This document shows, in pieces, positions 45,538-55,108 of a stretch of DNA of 64,000 nt. The notes under the pieces are model-generated. The model had not been told where the DNA came from. It saw nothing but the letters and a program-made list of their open reading frames with translations, and did not search any database. The stretch comes from a virus, in IMG/VR virus record IMGVR_UViG_3300050821_013910, positions 1 through 64,000 of that record. One strand, given 5' to 3'. Within the stretch, counting starts at the first letter, position 1; the number at the start of each line of letters is the position of its first letter. The position numbers and the translations under genes are program-made.

Positions 45538-46095
45538 ATGAGAAAGCTTCCCCTGTTCCTTCTTGTCGCTGTTATGGACGCTCTCTGCCTCCACGCGCAA
45601 ACCTCTTACACGGTTCTCGGAGGAACGAACTGCGGGCCAGCCACGACAACCGTGTCGTGCGTAATTCTGATTCCACCCGCGAACGCTCTGGGAATCTATC
45701 CGAATATTCAAGTGTCATTCAACCCGCTCACCGGATTAGGGACGATCGAATTCGAGACATTTCAGTTGGTAGAGAACTCACCCAATGGTCCCAATCTTGG
45801 AGCGGGCACAATAAGTCTAGCAGCGCCTGTATTCCAGACCGTCACCTCGAATGGACAGACTAGCTACCAGATCACCGATCTTACAATCTATGGATATGGC
45901 TCCTATGTGCCCGCATCGGGCATCGCTCCTTGCCCTGGGCCAGATGCGCATGGGCAGCTTGACCCTTCTCGATGCTGGGTGATCAAGCCAGCGACCCTGC
46001 ATTTTTTGTATAGATCGGTATTTCATCAAGGCGGGACGTATACGTGGGAGCGTTCATTCAGGGCTGGGGAACTTACGTTTTCAGAGATTGAGTAG
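45538..46095 (+). CDS. secreted hypothetical protein (moron-like)
   Basis: signal peptide ..LCLHA-Q; lower GC. Confidence 0.65.
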   Translation: MRKLPLFLLVAVMDALCLHAQTSYTVLGGTNCGPATTTVSCVILIPPANALGIYPNIQVSFNPLTGLGTIEFETFQLVENSPNGPNLGAGTISLAAPVFQTVTSNGQTSYQITDLTIYGYGSYVPASGIAPCPGPDAHGQLDPSRCWVIKPATLHFLYRSVFHQGGTYTWERSFRAGELTFSEIE

Positions 46096-46115
46096 GTAAA
46101 CTCAGAGGACAGAGC

Positions 46116-46232
46116 ATGGGATATACGTTGGAAGTGTGGATGTACATCTTTCTGTTTCCGGCATTCTGGCCCGTATATGCAGTTGCTGGTAGGTGGATTT
46201 GCACCCGCTGGCGAGGGCGGCGGGGGCCATAA
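46116..46232 (+). CDS. 38-aa membrane peptide (not in track)
   Basis: GAGG RBS; MGYTLEVWMYIFLFPAFWPVYAVAGRWICTRWRGRRGP. Confidence 0.4.
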   Translation: MGYTLEVWMYIFLFPAFWPVYAVAGRWICTRWRGRRGP

Positions 46233-46255
46233 CGATCAACTGAAAGGAGTAGGCC

Positions 46256-46417
46256 ATGTCGAAGGACAACCCACCAATTCAACCGGACCCGAATAACCCG
46301 TCGCCGCTGCCGCAGAAGCCTCCGCCGCAGCCAGCAGTTGAGGAGCCCGCGCAGCCCCCCCAGCCCGACCCCGAGCCCGATCCTACTGAGGACGACGCCG
46401 ATAGCCAGCCAGCCTGA
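46256..46417 (+). CDS. 53-aa Pro/Asp-rich peptide (not in track)
   Basis: AAAGGAG RBS. Confidence 0.5.
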   Translation: MSKDNPPIQPDPNNPSPLPQKPPPQPAVEEPAQPPQPDPEPDPTEDDADSQPA

Positions 46418-46729
46418 TCTAGGAGTATCCTGTTGTCAGCAATCCTAGTTGTACCTTGCTGTAGCTGCCGTGCCTGCAACACTTTCTCCCGATCCGCAAA
46501 AGGAGTCCTGTGTGCTCTATTGGCGCGAGGTCGAAGTCGGGGGAAGGGTCGAGCAGCGGGCCGCGGTCGAGTGCGGCGACGGCGTGACCTACGAGGGCAG
46601 GAAGGCCGCGGTCCAGATGCTGCTGAGCCGGGAGGACCTGCAGTGGCTCCGGCAGAACGCGCTGATGACCATGGACGATGGCGCCGGTGCCGGTGGGATG
46701 CTGACCGGCAGGCGCAATCGGGGTCCCCA

Positions 46730-46960
46730 GTGACGGCCACCATCTACGCGATCTACTGGTCGGCCATCGCCTCGCTGCTGATCGCCTTCTTCACCCTCTG
46801 GACGGGCAGCCAGGAACCCTACGAAAGGGACCGGAAGTACGCGCGGCAGTGGAGCTTGGGATGGCTGTTGGTGTTCTGCCTGCTGCTGGCTGCAGGGGGA
46901 GCGGTGCTGATTTTCGACCCGGGGGACGCGGCGAGAATGGGAAGCGTTCACTCGCACTAA
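46730..46960 (+). CDS. two-TM membrane protein
   Basis: GTGA coupling; two hydrophobic helices. Confidence 0.55.
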   Translation: MTATIYAIYWSAIASLLIAFFTLWTGSQEPYERDRKYARQWSLGWLLVFCLLLAAGGAVLIFDPGDAARMGSVHSH

Positions 46961-46972
46961 AGGAGAAAGAGA

Positions 46973-47209
46973 ATGGCCAATTGGAAGACAACCGTAGCTG
47001 GAATCCTATCTGCGCTGATCGGCACAGCCGGCCCGCTCACCGCCTACCTTGCGACCCAGATGAGCCCCACCGCGACCAAGATCAGCGGGGGCGTTACCCT
47101 CGCCGCCGCCATCGCCCGGGTATGGGTGGGGATGCTGGAGAATGATGCCCCGCCTAACCCACCGGCCGCGCCGCCCGCCGATCCTCAACCTGTCGTACCG
47201 AAACCGTAA
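46973..47209 (+). CDS. putative holin
   Basis: MANWKTTVAGIL.., two hydrophobic segments, AAGGAG RBS. Confidence 0.65.
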   Translation: MANWKTTVAGILSALIGTAGPLTAYLATQMSPTATKISGGVTLAAAIARVWVGMLENDAPPNPPAAPPADPQPVVPKP

Positions 47210-47220
47210 GGAGAACTGAA

Positions 47221-47748
47221 ATGTGTCAGAACGCAGCTAAAACTGCCGCCTCCCTCCTAACCGCCATCGAACCCACCCTCAAGAGCCTCCTCGCCGCCAC
47301 CGGGCAACTCACGACCGACGCAGGCAAGTCGGCCATTGCTGCCTACGACGCCGCGCTGGCCGCCCTCGAAACCTGGCAACCAGGCACCGTGGCCGATACC
47401 GTCCTCCAAGTCGTCGCGGCCTTCCAGGCAGCCTTCCAGACCGTCGCTGGCCTGATCCCCCCACCCTACGGCACCCTGGTCAACATCATCCTCGCCGGGA
47501 TCGAAGCCGTGCTGGGGGTGATCAAGGCGAACAGTCCCGCGCCGGCCGCGCCAGCCGGGACCTCCGCCCACGCCGAGACCCAGGCAATGTTCCAGGCGCA
47601 TGTGGTAGCCGAAACCTCGGAGCGCGTCCAGGCCCTCGTGCCCCACTTCAAGCGCTCCATCTGGCACTCCCCGCAATACCAGTACACCAAGACTTGGAAC
47701 GATGCGGTCACGGCGGCAGGGCTGCCCCAGACCATGCACGTCGCTTGA
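47221..47748 (+). CDS. Ala-rich helical hypothetical protein
   Basis: TAAGGAG RBS, biased codons. Confidence 0.7.
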   Translation: MCQNAAKTAASLLTAIEPTLKSLLAATGQLTTDAGKSAIAAYDAALAALETWQPGTVADTVLQVVAAFQAAFQTVAGLIPPPYGTLVNIILAGIEAVLGVIKANSPAPAAPAGTSAHAETQAMFQAHVVAETSERVQALVPHFKRSIWHSPQYQYTKTWNDAVTAAGLPQTMHVA

Positions 47749-47764
47749 GACGTTGTTGCGACTT

Positions 47765-47803
47765 GAGGGCGGGGGTTCTCAGCGGCATCCGCCCTCTCTT
47801 TTT
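47765..47803 (+). terminator. intrinsic terminator ending the late operon
   Basis: GAGGGCGG...CCGCCCTC followed by a T run. Confidence 0.65.
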
Positions 47804-48129
47804 GATCCAATGGACCTTAACCTTCCCCCGCTCCCCCGCGATGAACCTCCCCCCACTCGATCCCGAATCCCTCCGCCAGCTTAAGGCATGGCGCCGCACC
47901 CACACTGGCTGCCGAGTCAAGGTCTTCTACGTGCGGTTCCGAAAGCACAAGGAGGATGAGCGGTGCGGGTTATGCCGGCTGGTTGATCGTATATTCTGGC
48001 AGATTGCACACGCAGACAAAGAAAGCCCGCCAGCCGAAGCCGACGGGCAGGCTTAGTTTAGGGAATTTACGTTCTGGATGGTTGGATGCCAAAACGGTCC
48101 AAGAAGCCCGAGAAGGCGCCGCCCAATAA

Positions 48130-48225
48130 GGCACCGCCCAAGACGCCCAAGAAGCGGTTGAACCCAACCCCTTTGCAAGGGGGAGCTGACAGGCCACGCG
48201 AGTTCGAATCTCGCCGCTGCCTCCA
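48130..48225 (+). tRNA. degenerate tRNA-like sequence (Cys-like)
   Basis: GCGAG-TTCGAAT-CTCGC T arm; CGCTGCC-T-CCA 3' end; CCCC-TTTGCAA-GGGG arm; D region irregular. Confidence 0.45.
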
Positions 48226-48396
48226 ACAAAGGAGGTTAGCGATGAGACGCCCACCATAACGCTGTAACTGACCAATAGCGGTCCCTCCCCGGCGGCAACC
48301 GGGGCGGGACCAAAATCCAGAACGCGGGGCTAGCCGCACTCCAGACCCTTTTCAATTGTGCGCTTTCCCTGCCCTCACTTCAAGGGGAAAGACGCC

Positions 48397-49365
48397 ATGA
48401 ATCCTGCACCATACGAGCCTCAGACGCTCACGGATGCGGTCCGCTACTACTCCAACGAACAAACCTGCATTGACCTTCTGGCTTCGCTCCGGTGGCCCGA
48501 TGGACAGGTGATCTGCACTGCTTGTGGCGAGGTCGGAAACACGATCTGGCTTGCCAACCAGAAGCGCTGGAAGTGCCGGGGGTGCAAAAAGCAGTTCTCC
48601 ATTAAGGTCGGGACGATCATGGAAGACTCACCTATCGGCCTCGACAAATGGATGGTCGCATTCTGGATGCTAGCCAATTGTCGCAATGGGGTATCGTCTT
48701 ACGAAATCATGCGGGCGATTGGCGTCACTCAGAAATCCACATGGCACATGCTGCACCGGATTCGACTGGCCATGACAGACCTCGCCACAGGAAAGCTCGG
48801 GGCAGCGACTCCGATTGAGATTGACGAAACCTTCGTCGGCGGGAAAGTAAAAAACATGCACAAATCGCGCCGTGTAAAGAGTCTGGATTATCACGCTGGG
48901 AAGGGTAAAGCGATTGTCATGGGAATGCTGGAAAGAGGCGGTCGAGTCCGCGCTAGAGTCATCGCGGATCGCAAAGTACAAACCATGCGACCGGTACTGG
49001 AAGGCAGCGTTGAACGTGGTGCCCACGTATTCACCGACGAGCACGTGAGCTATCCCTTCCTGGCCAAGGAAAACGACTATGCGCATGAAATCATCAATCA
49101 CATCGAAGGCTACGTCAGGGGGCATATCCACACGAACGGAATTGAGAATTTCTGGTCATGCCTGAAACGCAGTTTGGGCGGAACGTACATCAGCGTGGAG
49201 CCGTTCCATCTAGAGCGTTATGTCGATGAACAAGTATTCCGGTTCAATCTCCACAAGAAAGATCATAGCGACGCAGATAGGTTCAAGGCCGCATTGAAGG
49301 ACATTGTGGGTCGTAGATTAACCTTCGCGGAATTGACGGGGAGGCTGGCCCCAGCGACCTACTAA
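48397..49365 (+). CDS. IS1595-family transposase
   Basis: CTAC..WKCRGCKKQFS..GTI zinc ribbon; IEIDETFVGG, FTDEH, INH, HTNGIENFWSCLKR, YVDEQVFRFN. Confidence 0.93.
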   Translation: MNPAPYEPQTLTDAVRYYSNEQTCIDLLASLRWPDGQVICTACGEVGNTIWLANQKRWKCRGCKKQFSIKVGTIMEDSPIGLDKWMVAFWMLANCRNGVSSYEIMRAIGVTQKSTWHMLHRIRLAMTDLATGKLGAATPIEIDETFVGGKVKNMHKSRRVKSLDYHAGKGKAIVMGMLERGGRVRARVIADRKVQTMRPVLEGSVERGAHVFTDEHVSYPFLAKENDYAHEIINHIEGYVRGHIHTNGIENFWSCLKRSLGGTYISVEPFHLERYVDEQVFRFNLHKKDHSDADRFKAALKDIVGRRLTFAELTGRLAPATY

Positions 49366-49722
49366 CCCTTACCGGAGACAGCGTGGCCCTCGCCGCCAAT
49401 AAGTCGGCGAACCGTGCTATTGGACGAAGAACAAAACGCGAAAGTATGATAGCCTGTGAAGGTTACCCGGAGGTTTTTTGAGCAGCACAAACCCCGCCTT
49501 GAGCAAGCGGGGTCAGATGAAAATCCGAGATGTGCTAGCCCTTTGAGGGGGCCGGTCTGTTATCTTCATAATCTCCCGATCCCTCTCAAAAGTCAAGCCC
49601 TTAGTTTTGCTAGGGATATCCCTGTCTCCGAAAAGGATGCGGCAGGCTAGCCCCTCACGGCTGCGCATTCACCACGCAGCCGGAGAGGATAACCATTCAC
49701 TGTTAAACCATGGAGGCTAACA

Positions 49723-49854
49723 ATGAAACATACACCCGTTCACGTATATCGCGACTCGAAAACCGGGCAGTTCATCCCCGAGAGAACTGCTGTGAGGCGT
49801 CCCGCCACCACCGAACGTGAAACAGTCTATCGTCCCTCACCCAAGAGGGGCTAA
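49723..49854 (+). CDS. 43-aa passenger peptide with RDxxTGQF motif (not in track)
   Basis: GGAGG RBS; MKHTPVHVYRDSKTGQFIPERTAVRRPATTERE. Confidence 0.6.
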   Translation: MKHTPVHVYRDSKTGQFIPERTAVRRPATTERETVYRPSPKRG

Positions 49855-49904
49855 AGAGACTCCCAACCCAAACGCCATTTTTGTCGCATTTGACCTTTTC
49901 CGGT

Positions 49905-49931
49905 GGCCCATCTTTCAGATGGGCCGTTTTT
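49905..49931 (+). terminator. intrinsic terminator
   Basis: GGCCCATCT-ttc-AGATGGGCC then GTTTTT. Confidence 0.7.
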
Positions 49932-50305
49932 CATGGGACCGTTGGTTAGCTTAGTCAGTTATTGCCAAAAAGTTGTCTGAAACTCAAACCACGCTCAAGG
50001 AAGTTGAAACCAAAGTCGATGGCCGACTGACGGAACTCCTGGAGCTGACGCGCAAATCCAGCCGGGCAGAGGGGGTCAAGGAAGCAGAGAAGCGGCCTAC
50101 CGTCGCCGATGAGCCGCAGGTGTAGTTCGGTGGATGTCCGGCTGCGTAGGGGAATGGTGGAGATGGTGGAGATGGTGACGATAATCGAGAGCATCTTGCG
50201 CCCGCTTTCCCCTCTGAATTAAGCGCCCCCTTTGTGCAAATCTGACCATCATTCCCCTCTCCAATCCCGCTAATCTCAGGCAATCCTTCAGCAGGAGGTC
50301 TGCCT

Positions 50306-50614
50306 GTGCCCCCAGTGCCCCTAGTGCCCCTAGAGTCCCTTCTCGCCCAGATCGATCGGCATCGGATGATCGCCGACAAGCTACGCATCCACGCTTCGTT
50401 AGAGATTTACCGGGAGTTCGTAAATTCCCGCAACAACCTGCTGCAGGCGATGATTCTGGTCGCGCATCTGCATGAATTGACGAGGCATGGAGAGAGGGAG
50501 AAGGGGAGCCAATCGAGTGCCAGCGCCCTCTCCTCCCCTACCACCAACTCACCGCCGCCTACCACCAACTCAACTCAATATCTGAGATCAGCCACAACCA
50601 CGCCAACCCACTAG
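50306..50614 (+). CDS. hypothetical protein
   Basis: AGGAGGT RBS, GTG start. Confidence 0.5.
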   Translation: MPPVPLVPLESLLAQIDRHRMIADKLRIHASLEIYREFVNSRNNLLQAMILVAHLHELTRHGEREKGSQSSASALSSPTTNSPPPTTNSTQYLRSATTTPTH

Positions 50615-51230
50615 GCATCGACCCCTGCTGCGCCTGCACGTAGGCCCCGTCCGGCCACTCCTGCCCCGCGGGGAACGCCGTGGCGGGAACCTTCTGTAAG
50701 GTCGAGGGAACCAAAAATGCTACCCCATCGCTCACTTCGGTCACAGAGATCGTCTTTCCTACGGTGTCGATCAGGTAAGTCGCCTGCATAACCCGCTCCT
50801 GGTCCGCTACGAACTGTCCGACTTTGAATCCGGTTGGAACCCAGCCGCCTGCGGAATTGGCGATCATGTAGCCCTGTGTGGCCTGGCGCTGGACGCTGCC
50901 GTTGTACTTCATCTTGTTGATCACAAAGATCACATCGGTCTCATTCACGTTGATCGCTGACAGGTTGCCGCTCACGCACGACCTCCACGTGGCCGAGCAA
51001 TTCCCGGTGTTGGGGAGGACCGGACGGACCGCAGCCGGGTACCACATCCACGCCGGGTACTGCTTGCCTTGGGGGTCGGTGTTGCCCGAGGTGCTAAGCA
51101 AGAGGGCGTGGTCGGGGCCGGGGATGGTGAGGGCGCTATAGGAGGCGGGTGAAATTCCGCCAATCATCGAACCGTCACTTTGGGTATGTGTTTTAAAGGC
51201 AACAGTATGGATGTTTCTATCTGTGATCAT
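50559..51230 (-). CDS. hypothetical beta-rich protein
   Basis: start re-called at MITDR after GAGG. Confidence 0.65.
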   Translation of the reverse strand: MITDRNIHTVAFKTHTQSDGSMIGGISPASYSALTIPGPDHALLLSTSGNTDPQGKQYPAWMWYPAAVRPVLPNTGNCSATWRSCVSGNLSAINVNETDVIFVINKMKYNGSVQRQATQGYMIANSAGGWVPTGFKVGQFVADQERVMQATYLIDTVGKTISVTEVSDGVAFLVPSTLQKVPATAFPAGQEWPDGAYVQAQQGSMPSGLAWLWLISDIELSWW

Positions 51231-51789
51231 TTGAATCCTCCAACGAGCGCACGATCCGCCTGAAGTTTGCGCGTAGTTTGTCGTACCTGTTATGACAAGA
51301 CCGACACAGCCTACGATAGTCGTCAATATCCTCGTACCGGCCAGTCATATTGGCCCAATCATAATGCTTACCAAGAGCGTCTGTCCCGCAAAACTCACAC
51401 TTGCGCGGCTTTCCCTTGCGCCTAATCAGGCGCAAATGGAGAGCCTGATAGCCAGCTGCGTTATCCTTCCATCCCTTGTTCTTTTCTCCCCACTGGTCCC
51501 TCTTTGCAGCCACTCGTGCCTTGATTTCGAAGCGACGCATCGCATAACATACCACGGGCTGTGAGCTATGATACTTGGACGCTATCTCACACTGAGACAT
51601 TCCAGACTGGTAGTCTTTCTGTAGTTGGTCTTTAGTGAAGGGATAGGCTGGAGTTTTATTTTTCCAAACATTACGCATAATGGAGACGTAACACGTCAGA
51701 CACTTTTTTCTTCCCAAAGTGTCTATCTGCCACGAGTCGTGTCCCTGTGGACATAAAATTTTAGGGTATTCTGGATGCGGGGATGTCAT
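51217..51789 (-). CDS. HNH-like endonuclease with HTH
   Basis: YQALHLRL..KGKPRKCEFCG..YDWAN..LCRSCHNRYD; low GC. Confidence 0.75.
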   Translation of the reverse strand: MTSPHPEYPKILCPQGHDSWQIDTLGRKKCLTCYVSIMRNVWKNKTPAYPFTKDQLQKDYQSGMSQCEIASKYHSSQPVVCYAMRRFEIKARVAAKRDQWGEKNKGWKDNAAGYQALHLRLIRRKGKPRKCEFCGTDALGKHYDWANMTGRYEDIDDYRRLCRSCHNRYDKLRANFRRIVRSLEDSNDHR

Positions 51790-51854
51790 CTTTGGCCCTC
51801 CGCGGCCATGAGGTTAAAAGGGAGTCGCAAGCTCCCGATATCCCCATTGTATCA
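51790..51854 (-). promoter_or_regulatory. extended -10 plus two-hairpin leader of HNH gene
   Basis: TGATACAAT; GGGAG-cttgcga-CTCCC; TGGCC-gcggag-GGCCA. Confidence 0.6.
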
Positions 51855-51919
51855 TTCAGGCTGGCTTGACTGTGAATTTACTGGTGCACCACGGGATTAT
51901 GGCGACGGCGACGGACATC

Positions 51920-52309
51920 TCACCTCGGCGGCGGCGGTTGCAGCGAGGGCGGCCTAACCGCAGGCGCATCGGCGGGAACACCCTCTCCCAAAATGTCGAA
52001 CCGGTGAACCTGCGGCGCGTTCTGCTTCTGCGAGATCTGCTGCACCTGAGCCTTGACCGCCAGGATTTGATTGATCAGGTCGCGCTGCCTGGGCGACTCC
52101 CCCGCAGCAATACTCCTGACCACCATTTCGAGGTTGGAAATCCGGCGGTCGATCTCCTGCTCGTGCTGTTCGCGCTGGAGAGTGCGGTTGATGCTCTGGA
52201 CCTGTTCGTTGTCGATGTACTTCTTGACGGTGATCACGCCGCTCGCGACGGACCCGATGATGGTGAGCAGAGTGGCAATCGTGGCGAGGGTGATGTGTCT
52301 GGGTGTCAT
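51920..52309 (-). CDS. N-terminal TM plus coiled-coil protein
   Basis: MTPRHITLATIATLLTIIG.. Confidence 0.6.
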   Translation of the reverse strand: MTPRHITLATIATLLTIIGSVASGVITVKKYIDNEQVQSINRTLQREQHEQEIDRRISNLEMVVRSIAAGESPRQRDLINQILAVKAQVQQISQKQNAPQVHRFDILGEGVPADAPAVRPPSLQPPPPR

Positions 52310-52523
52310 GGGTGGGTGTCCTGCTGCGATTGTAGGCCAGTTTTGGCCAGAGGACGTTTTGGATACGGATAACATCGATACCCTTCTATCGGGTGAACAC
52401 GCATTGCCGATCCGAATAAATCGCGGCACATGGTAAACGCGAGCGCCGATTCCCAGTTCTAGCCGCGAGCATCGTAGAACTTGATCAACTCACGAGCCTC
52501 AATCATGAGCGGCGTATCCATCC

Positions 52524-52706
52524 TCACTCCCAAGGGTTTTCGCCTGTCACGAGCACAAAGCAGCGCTTGAGTTCGGCTACAGCGTCAGGCAAGGATTCCT
52601 TCATCGCCTTGACGTGAAAATCGGCTGGCATGGGCAACACCAGCGCATGCGCAAGATTATCAACGGTATCGATTGCGCGGCCTAACGAATCCTGTGCGTC
52701 TTCCAT
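52524..52706 (-). CDS. hypothetical protein
   Basis: GAGGAG RBS. Confidence 0.65.
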   Translation of the reverse strand: MEDAQDSLGRAIDTVDNLAHALVLPMPADFHVKAMKESLPDAVAELKRCFVLVTGENPWE

Positions 52707-52837
52707 TTTTTTCTCCTCACATTGTCATGCTAGTCGAGGCAGGAACAGAGCCTCCACTGTCCCTGCCCCTGTGTGCCCTTTAGCTGCCGATGATCACGAT
52801 CGGCGTGTCCTTGGGAGTATGGTCCGCCTGGGCGCCG

Positions 52838-53092
52838 CTAATAACAACGATCGGGGTATCCTTCGGCGCTGTTTCCGCCAGGATCAGAAGAAGCATCAGC
52901 ATTGAAAACATGGGTGACCTCCCTTGCGTGGTTCAGCGCATCCTGGATCACCTTCCCGAGTACCCTGTCGTCCCCATCGTCCACATGCTCCATCAATGCG
53001 CCAACCAGGTGCTTGTAGAACACATAAACCTGAGACCCGCGGAGATTGCGCTCAGCGTTTTCGAGCGCCCTGAGCTTGTCCCTCTGATTCAC
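52838..53092 (-). CDS. hypothetical protein
   Basis: GTG after AAGGAGGT. Confidence 0.6.
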   Translation of the reverse strand: MNQRDKLRALENAERNLRGSQVYVFYKHLVGALMEHVDDGDDRVLGKVIQDALNHAREVTHVFNADASSDPGGNSAEGYPDRCY

Positions 53093-53238
53093 TGCAGGAC
53101 CTCCTTTTCTCACTTCCGACTATTCTGCTTTGACTACAAACCTCGTCCCGCAGGACACGCACACATAACCCGCTACATCCAACCGCAGGTACAGATGGCG
53201 GCAGGTCAACGGATCGATCGGCTTGAACAGGCTGACCG

Positions 53239-53475
53239 TCATGGCTGGCCGCGGCGGGCGGTGAGGGTGCCGTCTCTGAGGTTCCTGTAATCGCGCAGGC
53301 ATATCTGGTACGCCGCCACGGCGTCGTCGGCGCGCAGGGTCTGGTTCTGGACCTGATACCGGAGCGCCGCCACCTCCTTCTCCAGCCGGATCACCTCGTC
53401 CACCTTGGCCTCGTACTCCGAGGTGCGCTGGGCGAGGTCGCGCTGGAGGTTGCGAATTTCTCCTTCGTAGGTCAT
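53239..53475 (-). CDS. coiled-coil hypothetical protein
   Basis: GGAGG RBS. Confidence 0.6.
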   Translation of the reverse strand: MTYEGEIRNLQRDLAQRTSEYEAKVDEVIRLEKEVAALRYQVQNQTLRADDAVAAYQICLRDYRNLRDGTLTARRGQP

Positions 53476-53564
53476 ATCAAAGCCTCCGCTCCGATCAGGT
53501 TCATGTGGCCCTTTCATAGTTGGGGATGACTACGATGATGCCGTTATGTAGATCACGACGATGC

Positions 53565-54050
53565 CTAGAATGCAGCCCGCAAACCAAGGTCGCCCGTGTA
53601 GCCGGTTCGCATGAGACAGTCGCGCACATCTGCCTTGATCGACAGCCCTTCGGGTGTAGCTGCTCTGTAGTCAAGTGCGCGAATCAGCCCACCGTGAGCC
53701 TCTGTGAGCAGTCCCCGCGTCCGATCAAGTTCAACCTGCGCGTCAATAAGCGGGTCAGGATGATGCCCGAACTTTCCCAACTTCTCAACTGGAATCACAT
53801 CAGAAGCGGCATTCATGGGATCGTCTCCAATGGTCGCGCCCTTTGTATACACAAAGTCGTAGCCGAGCATCTTTAGGGCGCATAGAGTATCGGTTGTTCC
53901 CCTGCGGGTCCACTCGATAACGCCAGGGCGCGAGTTGTCTTGAATGTCGTGGGTTAACAACTCAGTTACTTTCTCCACGATTCGCAAGTCTTGTGCAGTG
54001 ACCAAATCCTCGTTCAGCCCCATCATTTCCCCTCTTTTCTCAGGCACCAT
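53565..54050 (-). CDS. hypothetical protein
   Basis: ORF co-directional with neighbours. Confidence 0.6.
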   Translation of the reverse strand: MVPEKRGEMMGLNEDLVTAQDLRIVEKVTELLTHDIQDNSRPGVIEWTRRGTTDTLCALKMLGYDFVYTKGATIGDDPMNAASDVIPVEKLGKFGHHPDPLIDAQVELDRTRGLLTEAHGGLIRALDYRAATPEGLSIKADVRDCLMRTGYTGDLGLRAAF

Positions 54051-54066
54051 AGTGCCAGCGTTGACT

Positions 54067-54279
54067 CTACCTCGGATGCCTGCAATCCCAGCACTGCCAC
54101 GGGCCTCCCCGCGACGAATACACCTGACCCACCTTGCCGCAGTCCGCGCAGCACGGTGCCACCTCGCGCGCGTCTACCTCGTCCTGCCGCGCACGCTCAT
54201 ACTCCCGATCCTCATCGCGGGGCGTAGGGAGCCATATCTCGCCGCCGAGGCGGTCGTCGATGAAATGTCCTGTGCTCAT
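54067..54279 (-). CDS. small zinc-ribbon protein
   Basis: CADCG..CWDC; ATGA coupling. Confidence 0.6.
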   Translation of the reverse strand: MSTGHFIDDRLGGEIWLPTPRDEDREYERARQDEVDAREVAPCCADCGKVGQVYSSRGGPWQCWDCRHPR

Positions 54280-54785
54280 GCCGAACTCCTAACTAACAGT
54301 GGTGTAAAAATGAATGGTTTCCTCGGAGTGGCGTAGGGCAGCATCAAGGGATGCTTTGGATGACCGTCTTTGCCAAGTCCAAGGCAGGAGAACTCTACCC
54401 ATGAATCAGATAACATTTCGCGCTGTACAGCCCGCAATCGCATGTTCTCGTTTGGAAAATGCTGTCCGCATCCCCATGCACAAACGACCTCTTGCGATTG
54501 GGTGGAGATTGTTCGGATCCAATAGTCATTCATGGGACCAATAGGGTCGGCCACGGCCCGCACGAATTTCGGATTCCGGCTCCTAATAGCATACAAGTTG
54601 ATAACGACCATTCTCCCGTATCCCCAGCGCTGCGAGAATCCAATGCACTTACGGATGGTCGCGTCGTTGTTCGTAGCGTCAGCAGTTGAGGGATTAAACA
54701 TCAGCCACGCAACCGAAGGACCGTCACTCCACAAACGGCTGAGTGTGTAGCGATAAAGGCCGTTCGGGGAAATCTCCGCGCTCAC
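54276..54785 (-). CDS. DUF1643 family protein
   Basis: YRYTLSRLW, MFNPSTADA..DATIRKC..F..RWGY, NLYA, AWG, GHPKHPL. Confidence 0.88.
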   Translation of the reverse strand: MSAEISPNGLYRYTLSRLWSDGPSVAWLMFNPSTADATNNDATIRKCIGFSQRWGYGRMVVINLYAIRSRNPKFVRAVADPIGPMNDYWIRTISTQSQEVVCAWGCGQHFPNENMRLRAVQREMLSDSWVEFSCLGLGKDGHPKHPLMLPYATPRKPFIFTPLLVRSSA

Positions 54786-55108
54786 GCCATCACCTCCGGG
54801 CGCATCAGGTCCAGCTTGTCATACGGGCTGATCCACGCGATCCCCCGCAACCACTCGCCCTCTCTGGCCCACTCGTGGGCGTGCAGTTCCTCCCGGTCCA
54901 TCCCTGCGATCAGCCGGCCCTTGCTGGTGACGCCGATGAACTGGGTCTGGCCGCTCAGCCGAGCCCGCTGCTTGGCCCAGAGATAGAGCAGGCGGGGAAT
55001 CTCCAGACCGTCGATCTCGACCAGCGGAGGGAGCGCGGGTGCGGGCGCGGAGGTGGCGGTGGGAGTGGAGGTGCTGGCGGAGAGTTTAAGGGCGGTGAGG
55101 GTGCTCAT
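54782..55108 (-). CDS. hypothetical protein
   Basis: coupled on both sides. Confidence 0.6.
   Translation of the reverse strand: MSTLTALKLSASTSTPTATSAPAPALPPLVEIDGLEIPRLLYLWAKQRARLSGQTQFIGVTSKGRLIAGMDREELHAHEWAREGEWLRGIAWISPYDKLDLMRPEVMA

Larger units (their letters stand above)
47988..50256 (+). mobile_element. IS1595-family element with passengers (boundaries tentative)
   Basis: imperfect IRs ..TGGCAGATTGCACA (47988-48010) and TGTGCAAATCTGACCA.. (50233-50256); lower GC; no clear target duplication. Confidence 0.5.
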
